From a bacterium (lineage in GTDB: Bacteria; Patescibacteriota; Minisyncoccia; Phycocordibacterales; UBA6899): DNA of 41,843 nucleotides. How positions within the stretch are numbered: position 1 is the stretch's first letter; each line of letters begins with the position of its first letter. Below are positions 28,260 through 35,810 of this stretch, in pieces. The notes below the pieces were generated by a model. The model worked only from the letters and a program-made list of their open reading frames with translations. It ran no database searches and was not told the DNA's origin. The DNA lies in NCBI GenBank assembly GCA_043736515.1, contig JAYTCK010000069.1, forward strand, positions 1-41,843. Direction: 5' to 3'. A program made the translations under genes and the position numbers.

Positions 28260-29976
28260 GGTTTCTTTGGAAGGACGAGGGACAATCACCCTTCGCCCGA
28301 GTGATTACATCACCTCAGGAGGCGAGGGAGTGATCTACCGCTTTGGACGCGAAGTGATCAAACTCTATAGTGACCCGCAAAAGATGCGGCGCGACGGAAT
28401 GGAGGAAAAGATCGCGCTCCTTGCGAAGCTCAAGCATGTATCTATTGTCGCTCCTTCGGGACTCGTTTGCGATGCAAAAGGTGAGCCTATCGGGTATTAC
28501 ATGCCGCACATCATCGGCGAGCCGCTCGCACGGGTCTTCACCAATGACTTCCGCACACGCGAAGGATTCACCGGGGAGTCTGCGCGAGTGCTTGCCATGC
28601 GGATGCGTGATGTTGTTCGTGCGGCGCACACATTCGGAGCACTTTTGGTTGATGCCAATGAGCTCAACTGGCTCGCCGCGCTCGACAAGAAGAAAGGCCC
28701 GACCCCCTATGTGATCGACGTTGATTCTTGGCAGGTCGGACGATTCGGCGCATCGGTCATCATGCCGTCCATCCGCGATTGGCATACTAAGGGATTCACT
28801 CAAAATTCCGACTGGTTTGCTTGGGGGATTGTGACGTTTCAAATTTTCTCTGGCATCCATCCGTACAAAGGAGTATTGCCTGGATTTGAGCGAAGTGATC
28901 TCGAAGGTCGCATGAAAGCAAGCAAGTCCGTTTTTGAAAAAGATGTCAGGCTTCCTCATGCGGTGCGGGACTTCAATACAATTCCTGCCGGACTCCTTGG
29001 GTGGTATGAAGCGGTCTTTGCCCAAGGTGAGCGCTGCGCTCCACCTGATGCGTTCGATACGCGGACAAAACAAGGAACAATTGGTTCTGTACTTCGCGTT
29101 GTGACGCAAGGCACGAAAAGCGCGCTGGTGTACGAAAAATTGCTGGGAGCATCCGGAAAAACCGTTGTGCGGATATTTCCTTCAGGGATCGCATTGTCCT
29201 CGGACGGTACACTGACGTGCCTCCGCACAAAGCGAGAGTACGTACTCTCGCTTCAGGGGAAGATTGAGGAAGTGGTACGCGTGAGCAGAGGATACCTGTG
29301 CGGAAGCATGGATGGAGGCAAAGCCGCATTTCACTTTGTCGACGAGGCAACGGGGAATGCAACGGCACTTCAACTTCCAATAAATACACAGAAACTTTTC
29401 CGGAGAGGGGAGCGCATGTTTGCGGTGAGCGATGGAAGTATCACTGAATTGAAGCTGACCATGTTCGGGAAGCCGATCCTCTCCTCCGGCACGCAGTGGG
29501 GCGTCCTTCCTAATGCGACCCAGTTCTTTGACGGCGTGGGGGTTATGGATGCGCTCGGCGCGGCATTTCTCGTACTTCCGTTCGGAGAAAAGGCGTGTGC
29601 GTCACTCCGCGTGCCCGAGCTTGATCGTGCCCGCGTCATCGAGGCAAAAGCCGGAGTGCGATATGTGGCACTCATCATCATCACCAAGAAAGGTGAATAT
29701 GAGCGATGGAGTCTGGTATTCAATAATGAGTACACATCATACACGCTTACTCGAGTAAGTGTGGATGGTCCGGAGCTTAACATGGCGACGCTTCCGAAAG
29801 GTGTCGTGGCCTATATCGACCACGACGGGGAACTCATGGTGTCGGCTCCAGTAAACGGCAACACGACAAAGGTCGAAGACAGCACCATCGCAACCGACAT
29901 GGTTCTTTGCAATTGGGACGACCGCGTACTCTATATAAAGAGTGGAGAACTCTGGAGTATAAGGATGCGTCCCTAA
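28234..29976 (+). CDS. Ser/Thr kinase-like protein (TerY-P triad type) with beta-rich C-terminal domain
   Basis: SGGEGVIY glycine loop, VIKLY, LVDANELNW catalytic loop, IDVDSWQ, SDWFAWGI and GIHPYKG. Confidence 0.85.
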   Translation: MSLESKTHKVSLEGRGTITLRPSDYITSGGEGVIYRFGREVIKLYSDPQKMRRDGMEEKIALLAKLKHVSIVAPSGLVCDAKGEPIGYYMPHIIGEPLARVFTNDFRTREGFTGESARVLAMRMRDVVRAAHTFGALLVDANELNWLAALDKKKGPTPYVIDVDSWQVGRFGASVIMPSIRDWHTKGFTQNSDWFAWGIVTFQIFSGIHPYKGVLPGFERSDLEGRMKASKSVFEKDVRLPHAVRDFNTIPAGLLGWYEAVFAQGERCAPPDAFDTRTKQGTIGSVLRVVTQGTKSALVYEKLLGASGKTVVRIFPSGIALSSDGTLTCLRTKREYVLSLQGKIEEVVRVSRGYLCGSMDGGKAAFHFVDEATGNATALQLPINTQKLFRRGERMFAVSDGSITELKLTMFGKPILSSGTQWGVLPNATQFFDGVGVMDALGAAFLVLPFGEKACASLRVPELDRARVIEAKAGVRYVALIIITKKGEYERWSLVFNNEYTSYTLTRVSVDGPELNMATLPKGVVAYIDHDGELMVSAPVNGNTTKVEDSTIATDMVLCNWDDRVLYIKSGELWSIRMRP

Positions 29977-29987
29977 TGTTCCTCATA

Positions 29988-30113
29988 GACATACGCAAAA
30001 CGGCGACCTTCGCGTTTTTTCCCCAAATGACTCTGGAAGCGGTACCAACCCGTACGGCTTTTCAGAGATCGTTCGGGCGGAAAAACGCGAATCTCATCCG
30101 TTTTACGTAAGTC
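29988..30113. repeat. ~126-bp long imperfect hairpin element containing the right copy of the 28-bp direct repeat
   Basis: gacatacgcaaaacgg/ccgttttacgtaagtc, ttcgcgttttt/aaaaacgcgaa and ctctg/cagag stems; gtac-caaccc-gtac apex. Confidence 0.8.
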
Positions 30114-30216
30114 CTGTAAATTATTTTGCCGCCCACAAAGGGCGGCTTTCTTTTTGACAAGAAAATGGTTGTGTGTTAATTTCATTTGTAGTTTTGACCT
30201 TTACCGTAGGAGCATA

Positions 30217-30834
30217 ATGGAAAAGCAAACTGCCAAGATCGTGATTGGGCCCACGGATGCAATCGTCTTAGTTGACGGTAATAACGACTTTGCTCACCCC
30301 AAAGGTGCCTTGTACTCAAAAGGATTTCCCGGCGAATCCTCAAGTAGGCTGATCGTTAAACACATTCACACCCTTTTTCCGAAACCTTTCGGATATCGCA
30401 TCGCAACGTTTGACCAGCACCCTGCTACTGGACATATCGAATTTGGGATGTATGGCGAGCATGTTGTCAAAGGAACTTGGGGTGCCGAATATCTCGACAG
30501 CCTGAAGCCGCTCTTGTCGCATATGGATTTTCTCTCCTACAAGGGCGAAAATCCGGCGCTGATCAGCTACTCGATCATGGTGAGCTCCTCGTTTGGTGAA
30601 ATGATTGCAGCGATGCGCGCAAAGGGCATCACGCGAGTGTTTGTCGTCGGATGGATGTATACACACTGCGCCGGACTTTCTGCGATCGCATTTGCAACAC
30701 AAGCTTTTGAAGTGTTCGTCATCAGGGACGCGACGCTCAGTGTTTCTGCGAAATTTGGCGGTGACCCGGAACGGATGAAAAAACAACTTGGCATGGAGGG
30801 CGTGAAGGAGATCACCATGGCCGACATCGCGTAA
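30217..30834 (+). CDS. pncA: Nicotinamidase/pyrazinamidase-like (second isochorismatase-family gene)
   Basis: VDGNNDFAHPKGAL, TFDQHP, EHVVKGTWGAE, YKG, VVGWMYTHC and VIRDAT motifs; adjacent to nadD. Confidence 0.75.
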   Translation: MEKQTAKIVIGPTDAIVLVDGNNDFAHPKGALYSKGFPGESSSRLIVKHIHTLFPKPFGYRIATFDQHPATGHIEFGMYGEHVVKGTWGAEYLDSLKPLLSHMDFLSYKGENPALISYSIMVSSSFGEMIAAMRAKGITRVFVVGWMYTHCAGLSAIAFATQAFEVFVIRDATLSVSAKFGGDPERMKKQLGMEGVKEITMADIA

Positions 30835-30854
30835 CAGTTCTTTTGAGAAACAGC

Positions 30855-30879
30855 AACCGACTCACTGAGTCGGTTTTTT
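30855..30879 (+). terminator. Intrinsic terminator
   Basis: aaccgactca-c-tgagtcggtt followed by a T run. Confidence 0.7.
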
Positions 30880-30900
30880 GATATTTACATTTACGATTAG

Positions 30901-30921
30901 TTTGTGTATTATATACACTAA
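30901..30921. promoter_or_regulatory. Putative NrtR operator 3, abutting the nadD start codon
   Basis: tttgtgta-ttata-tacactaa; the last base is the A of the ATG. Confidence 0.72.
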
Positions 30922-31580
30922 TGAATCCTGAGCGAACGAAACGACTTGTCGTGACGGGGTCGGCAGTCAATCCTATTTCCCGTGCGCATCGTGATTGTGT
31001 CGAAGTATTAACGCACTCGGGCCATTTTGATCAGGTGCGTTTTTTTCCTTCAGGATTACGCAAAGACAAGCCGCACTTGATCCACTCTCTGCATCGTGTG
31101 CGCATGGCCCTGCTTGCGTTTGATGAGGAGTGGAAGAAGAGACAGCCGATTCCATTTCATGTTGACCTCCGCGAAGCTTTTCGCGAGAGCATTCCGACCA
31201 TTTATTTATTAGAGGAATTGCAGAAAGAATATCCCGATTACGAAATTGTCTTTGCAGCGGGTGTTGATGTGCTCGAACCTCGAGAATGCCTTCTCGGAAA
31301 GTCCGAGGTGCATTCATGGGATGAAGGAGAGCGGCTGATGAAAGATTGGACGTTTGCTGTCTTTCCGCGTGATGGGTATGCCGATCCCGTACTCCTCAAA
31401 GAAGAGGGGAAGCTCCCGAGTCACTTCATTGTGCTTCCGCCTACTCCCGAGGAGACACGATTGATTTCCAGTACGGAGATCAGGAAACGTGCTGGAGTAG
31501 GGCTTCCTATCGAGCACCTCGTCCACCCTAGTGTTGCGGACTATATCAGGGAACATAAGCTCTATTCCTACGATACCTAA
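30921..31580 (+). CDS. nadD: Nicotinate-nucleotide adenylyltransferase-like
   Basis: GSAVNPISRAH (divergent HxGH), HRVRMALLA, TIYLLEEL, AGVD, ISSTEIR and VADYIREHKLY. Confidence 0.82.
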   Translation: MNPERTKRLVVTGSAVNPISRAHRDCVEVLTHSGHFDQVRFFPSGLRKDKPHLIHSLHRVRMALLAFDEEWKKRQPIPFHVDLREAFRESIPTIYLLEELQKEYPDYEIVFAAGVDVLEPRECLLGKSEVHSWDEGERLMKDWTFAVFPRDGYADPVLLKEEGKLPSHFIVLPPTPEETRLISSTEIRKRAGVGLPIEHLVHPSVADYIREHKLYSYDT

Positions 31581-31592
31581 CAATCTCAATAG

Positions 31593-31621
31593 TTGACACA
31601 AAAGTATGTTTGTGCTATGCT
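31593..31621 (+). promoter_or_regulatory. Sigma70-type promoter for the DGR target gene
   Basis: TTGACA, 17-bp spacer, then TATGCT with a TG extension. Confidence 0.6.
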
Positions 31622-31694
31622 AAAATAGCGAGGAACTTCATTTTCTTGCAACTGAACCAGCAGATTCCGGTGTGTCCTTTGAAAGGAAAACGTC

Positions 31695-32360
31695 ATGAGT
31701 GCCAAAAGCATATGTGACATGGGGCTGACTCAAACCTCCGAATTCGTGGCTTCGCTCGGGAGGGCTGGTTTTACTGCCAACCTTGCGCAGCAGATCATCA
31801 CCGCTCCCGACAACGCGCTGGCCAAAACCATGTACGCTGCGCTTTCTGGTGCCACAACGCTCGACTCCCGCTTCGCGCTCGTCACAACGTTCGACATCAC
31901 CGTTCCCGCCGACTACGTGCACGCAACCCAGCTCGCCACGTTCAAGAAGGAATACGCAAAGCAGTGTTACTTCTACAACGAGGCCATCACCGATGCGAAC
32001 TTCGCCAAGGCCACGACCAAACTCACCCCCGGACGCAAGTTCAAAGTGAAAGTGTTCAAGCAAGCGGTTGCCGGAACGACGACATCCGAAGAGCTGATGG
32101 CGTTCCTTCGAAGCCAGAAAGCCATCTTCACCGGTGCACAAGGCGCCTCCCTCGTCTTCGCACAGAAGCGTCAAGAGCTCCCGAAGGGCTACTGGTACTG
32201 CTCGTTCGACGAGAAAGAAGCTCTCTTCGAAGACGCGGGCGGTTACCGCGGGGTGCCGCGCGTGAGCGCCGACTCCGATGGCGACTTCGATTTCTACCTC
32301 GGCTACTTCGAGGGGCCCTGGCATGACGGGCCCTGCCTCCTGTGCTTCTGCGACGAATAG
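31695..32360 (+). CDS. DGR target (variable) protein with C-terminal variable region
   Basis: Last ~41 codons match the downstream TR except at TR adenines; AAAGGA RBS; no signal peptide seen. Confidence 0.92.
   Translation: MSAKSICDMGLTQTSEFVASLGRAGFTANLAQQIITAPDNALAKTMYAALSGATTLDSRFALVTTFDITVPADYVHATQLATFKKEYAKQCYFYNEAITDANFAKATTKLTPGRKFKVKVFKQAVAGTTTSEELMAFLRSQKAIFTGAQGASLVFAQKRQELPKGYWYCSFDEKEALFEDAGGYRGVPRVSADSDGDFDFYLGYFEGPWHDGPCLLCFCDE
32233..32354 (+). repeat. DGR variable repeat (VR)
   Basis: 122-bp ungapped match to 32695-32816 with 17 mismatches, 16 of them opposite TR adenines. Confidence 0.95.
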
Positions 32361-32411
32361 TCCTTGAGAACTTGGGCACTCAGTTTTAAGCCTAAGATAC
32401 TTTGATCCTTC

Positions 32412-32441
32412 TTGCCCCTGCTACTCAGGGGCAATTTTTTT
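32412..32441 (+). terminator. Hairpin downstream of VR (terminator and/or DGR homing stem-loop)
   Basis: ttgcccctg-ctact-caggggcaa followed by a T run, about 50 bp after the target stop. Confidence 0.7.
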
Positions 32442-32694
32442 ACCAAAAATTTTGTTATACTATTTCTCGGATAGTAGATTATGCATGCGGCCACGGTTTC
32501 ATGCGATCGAATTCTCATGAAAGGAACTTGTGAGAATTCACCGGACACGTCTTGTGAATGGGTGCGGCCTTTTATGAAAAAAATCAAATAAGTCGGTGCG
32601 GCGTGTCGGGAGTTCTGACTCCAAATAAAATACAGGGGGTGGCCGGTGCCGCTTTCAGTGGTATTGATGGCGCGCTGTACAAAGAGCTCGGGGC

Positions 32695-32816
32695 ACGCGG
32701 ACGGTTACCACAGGGTGCCGAACGTGAACGCCAACTCCGATGGCGACTTCGATTTCAACCTCGGCAACTTCGAGAAGCCCTGGAATGACGAGAACTGCCT
32801 CCTGTGCCTCTGCAAC
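32695..32816 (+). ncRNA. DGR template repeat (TR)
   Basis: Adenine-rich counterpart of VR: 29 A, with 7 AAC codons plus AAT and AAG in the VR frame; intergenic. Confidence 0.95.
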
Positions 32817-32827
32817 TCATTTATTTT

Positions 32828-32852
32828 CTCCCACTCTACTTGTGAGTGGGAG
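32828..32852. other. Hairpin just 3' of TR, overlapping the avd stop codon
   Basis: ctcccactc-tacttgt-gagtgggag. Confidence 0.7.
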
Positions 32853-33183
32853 TTTTGTCTGCGAGACTCTTTTTCCATCCGCCGAGCATGCGCCCGACCT
32901 CATCGAGAAGTACAATGAATTTTCCATATGCGGTATGGTCTACGATCTTGTGCTCCCAGGCTATTTGCAGGAAAAACTTGAGCAGGTCGCATTTACCTGC
33001 CGCACTTCCCACAAGAGATAGTTTCTCAAATATATCGTGGGCGAATGTCGCACGAAAGAGGGTTTCCAAAAGCGCAGTAAAAGTATTGTCAATTGCAACG
33101 CCGATAGTGTAGCGGTCAACGCGCTTTATATTTTCCAGATATTCATGCCATAATTTGTACGCTTCCTTTGCGCGCACAAGCAC
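32836..33183 (-). CDS. avd: Avd-like four-helix-bundle accessory protein (5' end possibly frameshifted at the G10 tract)
   Basis: RYTIGVAID...LLE, DLLKFFLQIAWE and LDEVGRMLGGWKK are bAvd-like signatures; located between TR and RT. Confidence 0.88.
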   Translation of the reverse strand: MLVRAKEAYKLWHEYLENIKRVDRYTIGVAIDNTFTALLETLFRATFAHDIFEKLSLVGSAAGKCDLLKFFLQIAWEHKIVDHTAYGKFIVLLDEVGRMLGGWKKSLADKTPTHK

Positions 33184-33199
33184 AAGCGGGACTTGAGCT

Positions 33200-33209
33200 G
33201 GGGGGGGGG
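33200..33209. repeat. G10 homopolymer at the avd/RT junction
   Basis: gagct-gggggggggg-tgac. Confidence 0.9.
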
Positions 33210-34198
33210 TGACTTATTGGTGCATGCTGACTCATACGTACGATTCTCTCATTTCCATTGAAAATCTCCTAGTGACGTGGGAGCGATTTTTACGCGGAAA
33301 GTGTCACCGAAAAGACATCATAAATTTTCAGGGTACGTTGGCGGATAATATCGTGACCCTCCAACGTGACCTTGCCACTCGCACTTACGCACATGGCGTA
33401 TATTTGGCGTTTAACATCTCAGACCCAAAGCCGCGTAATATTCATAAGGCAAACGTTAGGGACAGATTGCTTCATCATCTTATTTATAAAGAACTCTATG
33501 TGTATTTCCACCAGCGATTTATTTACGATTCCTACTCGTGCCGTCCCGACAAAGGAACACATCGCGCCCTTGACCGTTTTCGGTTATTTGCTCGTGGTGT
33601 GTCAAAAAATAATACGCGGACATGCTTTGTGCTCAAGTGTGACGTGAAAAAGTTCTTTGCAAGCATAGACCATGAAATACTCCGCAACATACTTGCACGA
33701 CATATTGCAGATGCAGAATTGCGCAGTCTTATCGAGGCTGTTGTTTCAAGTTTTTCAAGTACTGCGCCAAGCAAAGGTCTTCCGCTCGGTAATTTAACAT
33801 CGCAGCTTCTTGTGAATGTGTACATGCACGAATTTGATATGTATATGAAACAAGCACTTCGCGTGAAACACTATATTCGCTATGCAGATGACTTTGTGAT
33901 TTTTTCAGAAGATAAAGGTTATCTTGAAAATCTTTTACTCTCGATAGATACATTTTTGAGCGAAAAATTAAAACTCACACTTCATCCGGACAAGGTATAT
34001 ATCAAAACGTATGCTTCGGGCGTCGACTTTTTAGGCTGGGTACACTTTCCTCATCATCGACAAATTCGCACCGCAACAAAACGAAAAATCGTGAAAGCAT
34101 TGAAGGGCTATCCAAAGCGAGAAACAGTGAGTTCGCATAGAGGGCTGCTTGCTCATGGGGACACATTTGGGTTAAGGAAGCGCTTGGGGGTGGAGTAG
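33209..34198 (+). CDS. DGR-type reverse transcriptase (start GTG 33209 or ATG 33224)
   Basis: PKPRNI, RDRLLHH, DSYSCRPDKGTH, KCDVKKFFASIDH, GLPLGNLTSQ, YIRYADDFVI and VDFLGW; compact, with no maturase or endonuclease tail. Confidence 0.95.
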   Translation: MTYWCMLTHTYDSLISIENLLVTWERFLRGKCHRKDIINFQGTLADNIVTLQRDLATRTYAHGVYLAFNISDPKPRNIHKANVRDRLLHHLIYKELYVYFHQRFIYDSYSCRPDKGTHRALDRFRLFARGVSKNNTRTCFVLKCDVKKFFASIDHEILRNILARHIADAELRSLIEAVVSSFSSTAPSKGLPLGNLTSQLLVNVYMHEFDMYMKQALRVKHYIRYADDFVIFSEDKGYLENLLLSIDTFLSEKLKLTLHPDKVYIKTYASGVDFLGWVHFPHHRQIRTATKRKIVKALKGYPKRETVSSHRGLLAHGDTFGLRKRLGVE

Positions 34199-34218
34199 CG
34201 AATTACCCACCCAAGGAC

Positions 34219-34253
34219 TTGACGGGAAATACATAGTGTATATAATACACTAA
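34219..34253 (+). promoter_or_regulatory. pncB promoter with overlapping putative NrtR operator 4
   Basis: TTGACG, 16-bp spacer, TATAAT; operator atagtgta-tataa-tacactaa (34233-34253) covers the -10 box. Confidence 0.75.
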
Positions 34254-34362
34254 GATAGCACTCTGTTCTCTGATATCTACTACAAATAGTTGACAAAACA
34301 AGAAAAGCATGTAGTTTTGTGATAGATGTTTCATTGTTTTCAAAACCAACAGGAGTAATCCC

Positions 34363-35670
34363 ATGACTGATTTTGTGCGTCACACGATGCGTCCGGAGAA
34401 GAACGACTGGATCCATCGCTCACCCTGCGATATCGATTTTTACAAGTACACGATGGGGTATTACATCTATACGTATTTTCCGGATACGGAAGTTACGTTT
34501 GAACTCATCGTGCGCGACAAGACAATCCCTATTGCAGATGTGATCGACGAGCGCGAACTCTGTGAACAACTTGAACACGCACGGCAGTGCCGTTACGATT
34601 TCACCACGCTGTCATGGCTCGGTGGAATGCGCGTATACGGTGCGAACATGTTCTCGAATGAATACGTGTACGACTTCTTGGAAAAGTACCGGCTTCCTGA
34701 GTTCCGATTGGAGCGCAAGGGAAGCGGATTCAATATCACATTTCGCGGGACGTGGAAACTTGCGACCTTCTGGGAGACGATCGCGCTTTCCGTTGTAAAC
34801 GAGCTCTACTATCGCTCGCTCATGCGCCGCATGTCCGAAACAGAAGTCGATATTTTGTTTGCTCGCGCGAAAGCAAAACTGTGGGACAAGCTGCAGCGAC
34901 TCAAAGCATATCCCGACCTGAAGTTCATGGGTTTCGAAACACGCCGCAGGTTCAGTTTCAGGTGGCAACACTTCGAGGCGCAATTATGCAAACAGGAAAT
35001 GGGCGCACAGTACCTCGGTGTCTCGAACACGTGGATCGCCTTCAACCAAAGCATCATCCCTATGGGTACCAATGCGCACGAACTACCTATGGTTGAAGTC
35101 GCACTTGCGAATACGTCCGAGGAAAAACGAAGAGCTCAGTACGATGTGTGTGCAAAATGGGAAAAGCTTTATGGCGTCGGTCTACGTATTCTCCTTCCTG
35201 ATGCCTTCGGTACGCCGCAGTTTCTTCTCGGCGCACCAGAGCGGCTCGCACATGAATGGAAGGGTTTACGGCAGGACTCAGGGTGTCCGATAGAGATCGG
35301 CGAGCTCTACATTGCGTGGCTCGAGTCTCATCACATCGACCCCTGCACGAAACTCCTGATCTTCTCTGACGGACTTGACGTCGACGACATGATCAAATTG
35401 CATCTTCATTTCAATGGGCGCATCAATGTTTCCTTCGGGTGGGGTACGCTTTTGGGAAATGATTTCCGCGACTGCTATCCGCGCGAGGGAGAAATCGCAG
35501 CGCTGTTCCGTCCAATCTCGATGGCATGCAAGGTCGTCGAAGCCAATGGCCGTCCTGTTGTGAAATTCTCGGACACAAAAGGTAAAGTGACCGGCGACCC
35601 CGTCGTCGCAGAGGAGTATCGCAAGATCTTCGGCGTTGGTAATGCTGTGGAGCGTGCGATCATCGTCTGA
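34363..35670 (+). CDS. pncB: Nicotinate phosphoribosyltransferase
   Basis: DIDFYKYTM, WETIALS, FETRRRFS, GTNAHE, RQDSG, IFSDGL, SFGWGT and VKFSD motifs. Confidence 0.93.
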   Translation: MTDFVRHTMRPEKNDWIHRSPCDIDFYKYTMGYYIYTYFPDTEVTFELIVRDKTIPIADVIDERELCEQLEHARQCRYDFTTLSWLGGMRVYGANMFSNEYVYDFLEKYRLPEFRLERKGSGFNITFRGTWKLATFWETIALSVVNELYYRSLMRRMSETEVDILFARAKAKLWDKLQRLKAYPDLKFMGFETRRRFSFRWQHFEAQLCKQEMGAQYLGVSNTWIAFNQSIIPMGTNAHELPMVEVALANTSEEKRRAQYDVCAKWEKLYGVGLRILLPDAFGTPQFLLGAPERLAHEWKGLRQDSGCPIEIGELYIAWLESHHIDPCTKLLIFSDGLDVDDMIKLHLHFNGRINVSFGWGTLLGNDFRDCYPREGEIAALFRPISMACKVVEANGRPVVKFSDTKGKVTGDPVVAEEYRKIFGVGNAVERAIIV

Positions 35671-35810
35671 TTTGTTTTGTGAAATGTTTTTGGCGGAGGG
35701 AGACAGTTATCTCTCCGCCCACTTCTTGAGCTCTGTATATTGTGAGATATCTCCAATATAGAGCGCTCAATGAGTGTAAGATCTTTGTTAATTGATTAAA
35801 AGGAAATCCT

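Larger units (their letters stand above)
31695..34198. mobile_element. Diversity-generating retroelement cassette (target/VR - TR - avd antisense - RT)
   Basis: All four canonical components within 2.5 kb; adenine-specific VR/TR mismatches. Confidence 0.95.

Noticed and set aside
25498-29109. Long minus-strand ORFs (25498-26409, 27375-28289, 28315-29109; also 31638-32324)
   Set aside because: Antisense shadows of well-supported GC3-rich plus-strand genes; no recognisable motifs
32558-33112. Plus-strand ORFs over the TR (32646-32918 and others) as a second target gene
   Set aside because: They are the open frame of the Asn-rich template repeat and antisense to avd; no convincing start or RBS
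33209-34198. Group II intron or retron RT
   Set aside because: Too short, with no maturase/endonuclease domain and no retron VTG motif; the SQ motif, Avd and the TR/VR pair indicate a DGR
31588-34295. 11-bp direct repeat aatagttgaca flanking the DGR as a target-site duplication
   Set aside because: Both copies coincide with TTGACA -35 boxes, and the pncB operator lies inside the interval; explained more simply as promoters
35690-35770. Two hairpins between pncB and nadE as a riboswitch
   Set aside because: Only simple stems are visible and there is no recognisable aptamer; more likely mRNA-stabilising or terminator structures
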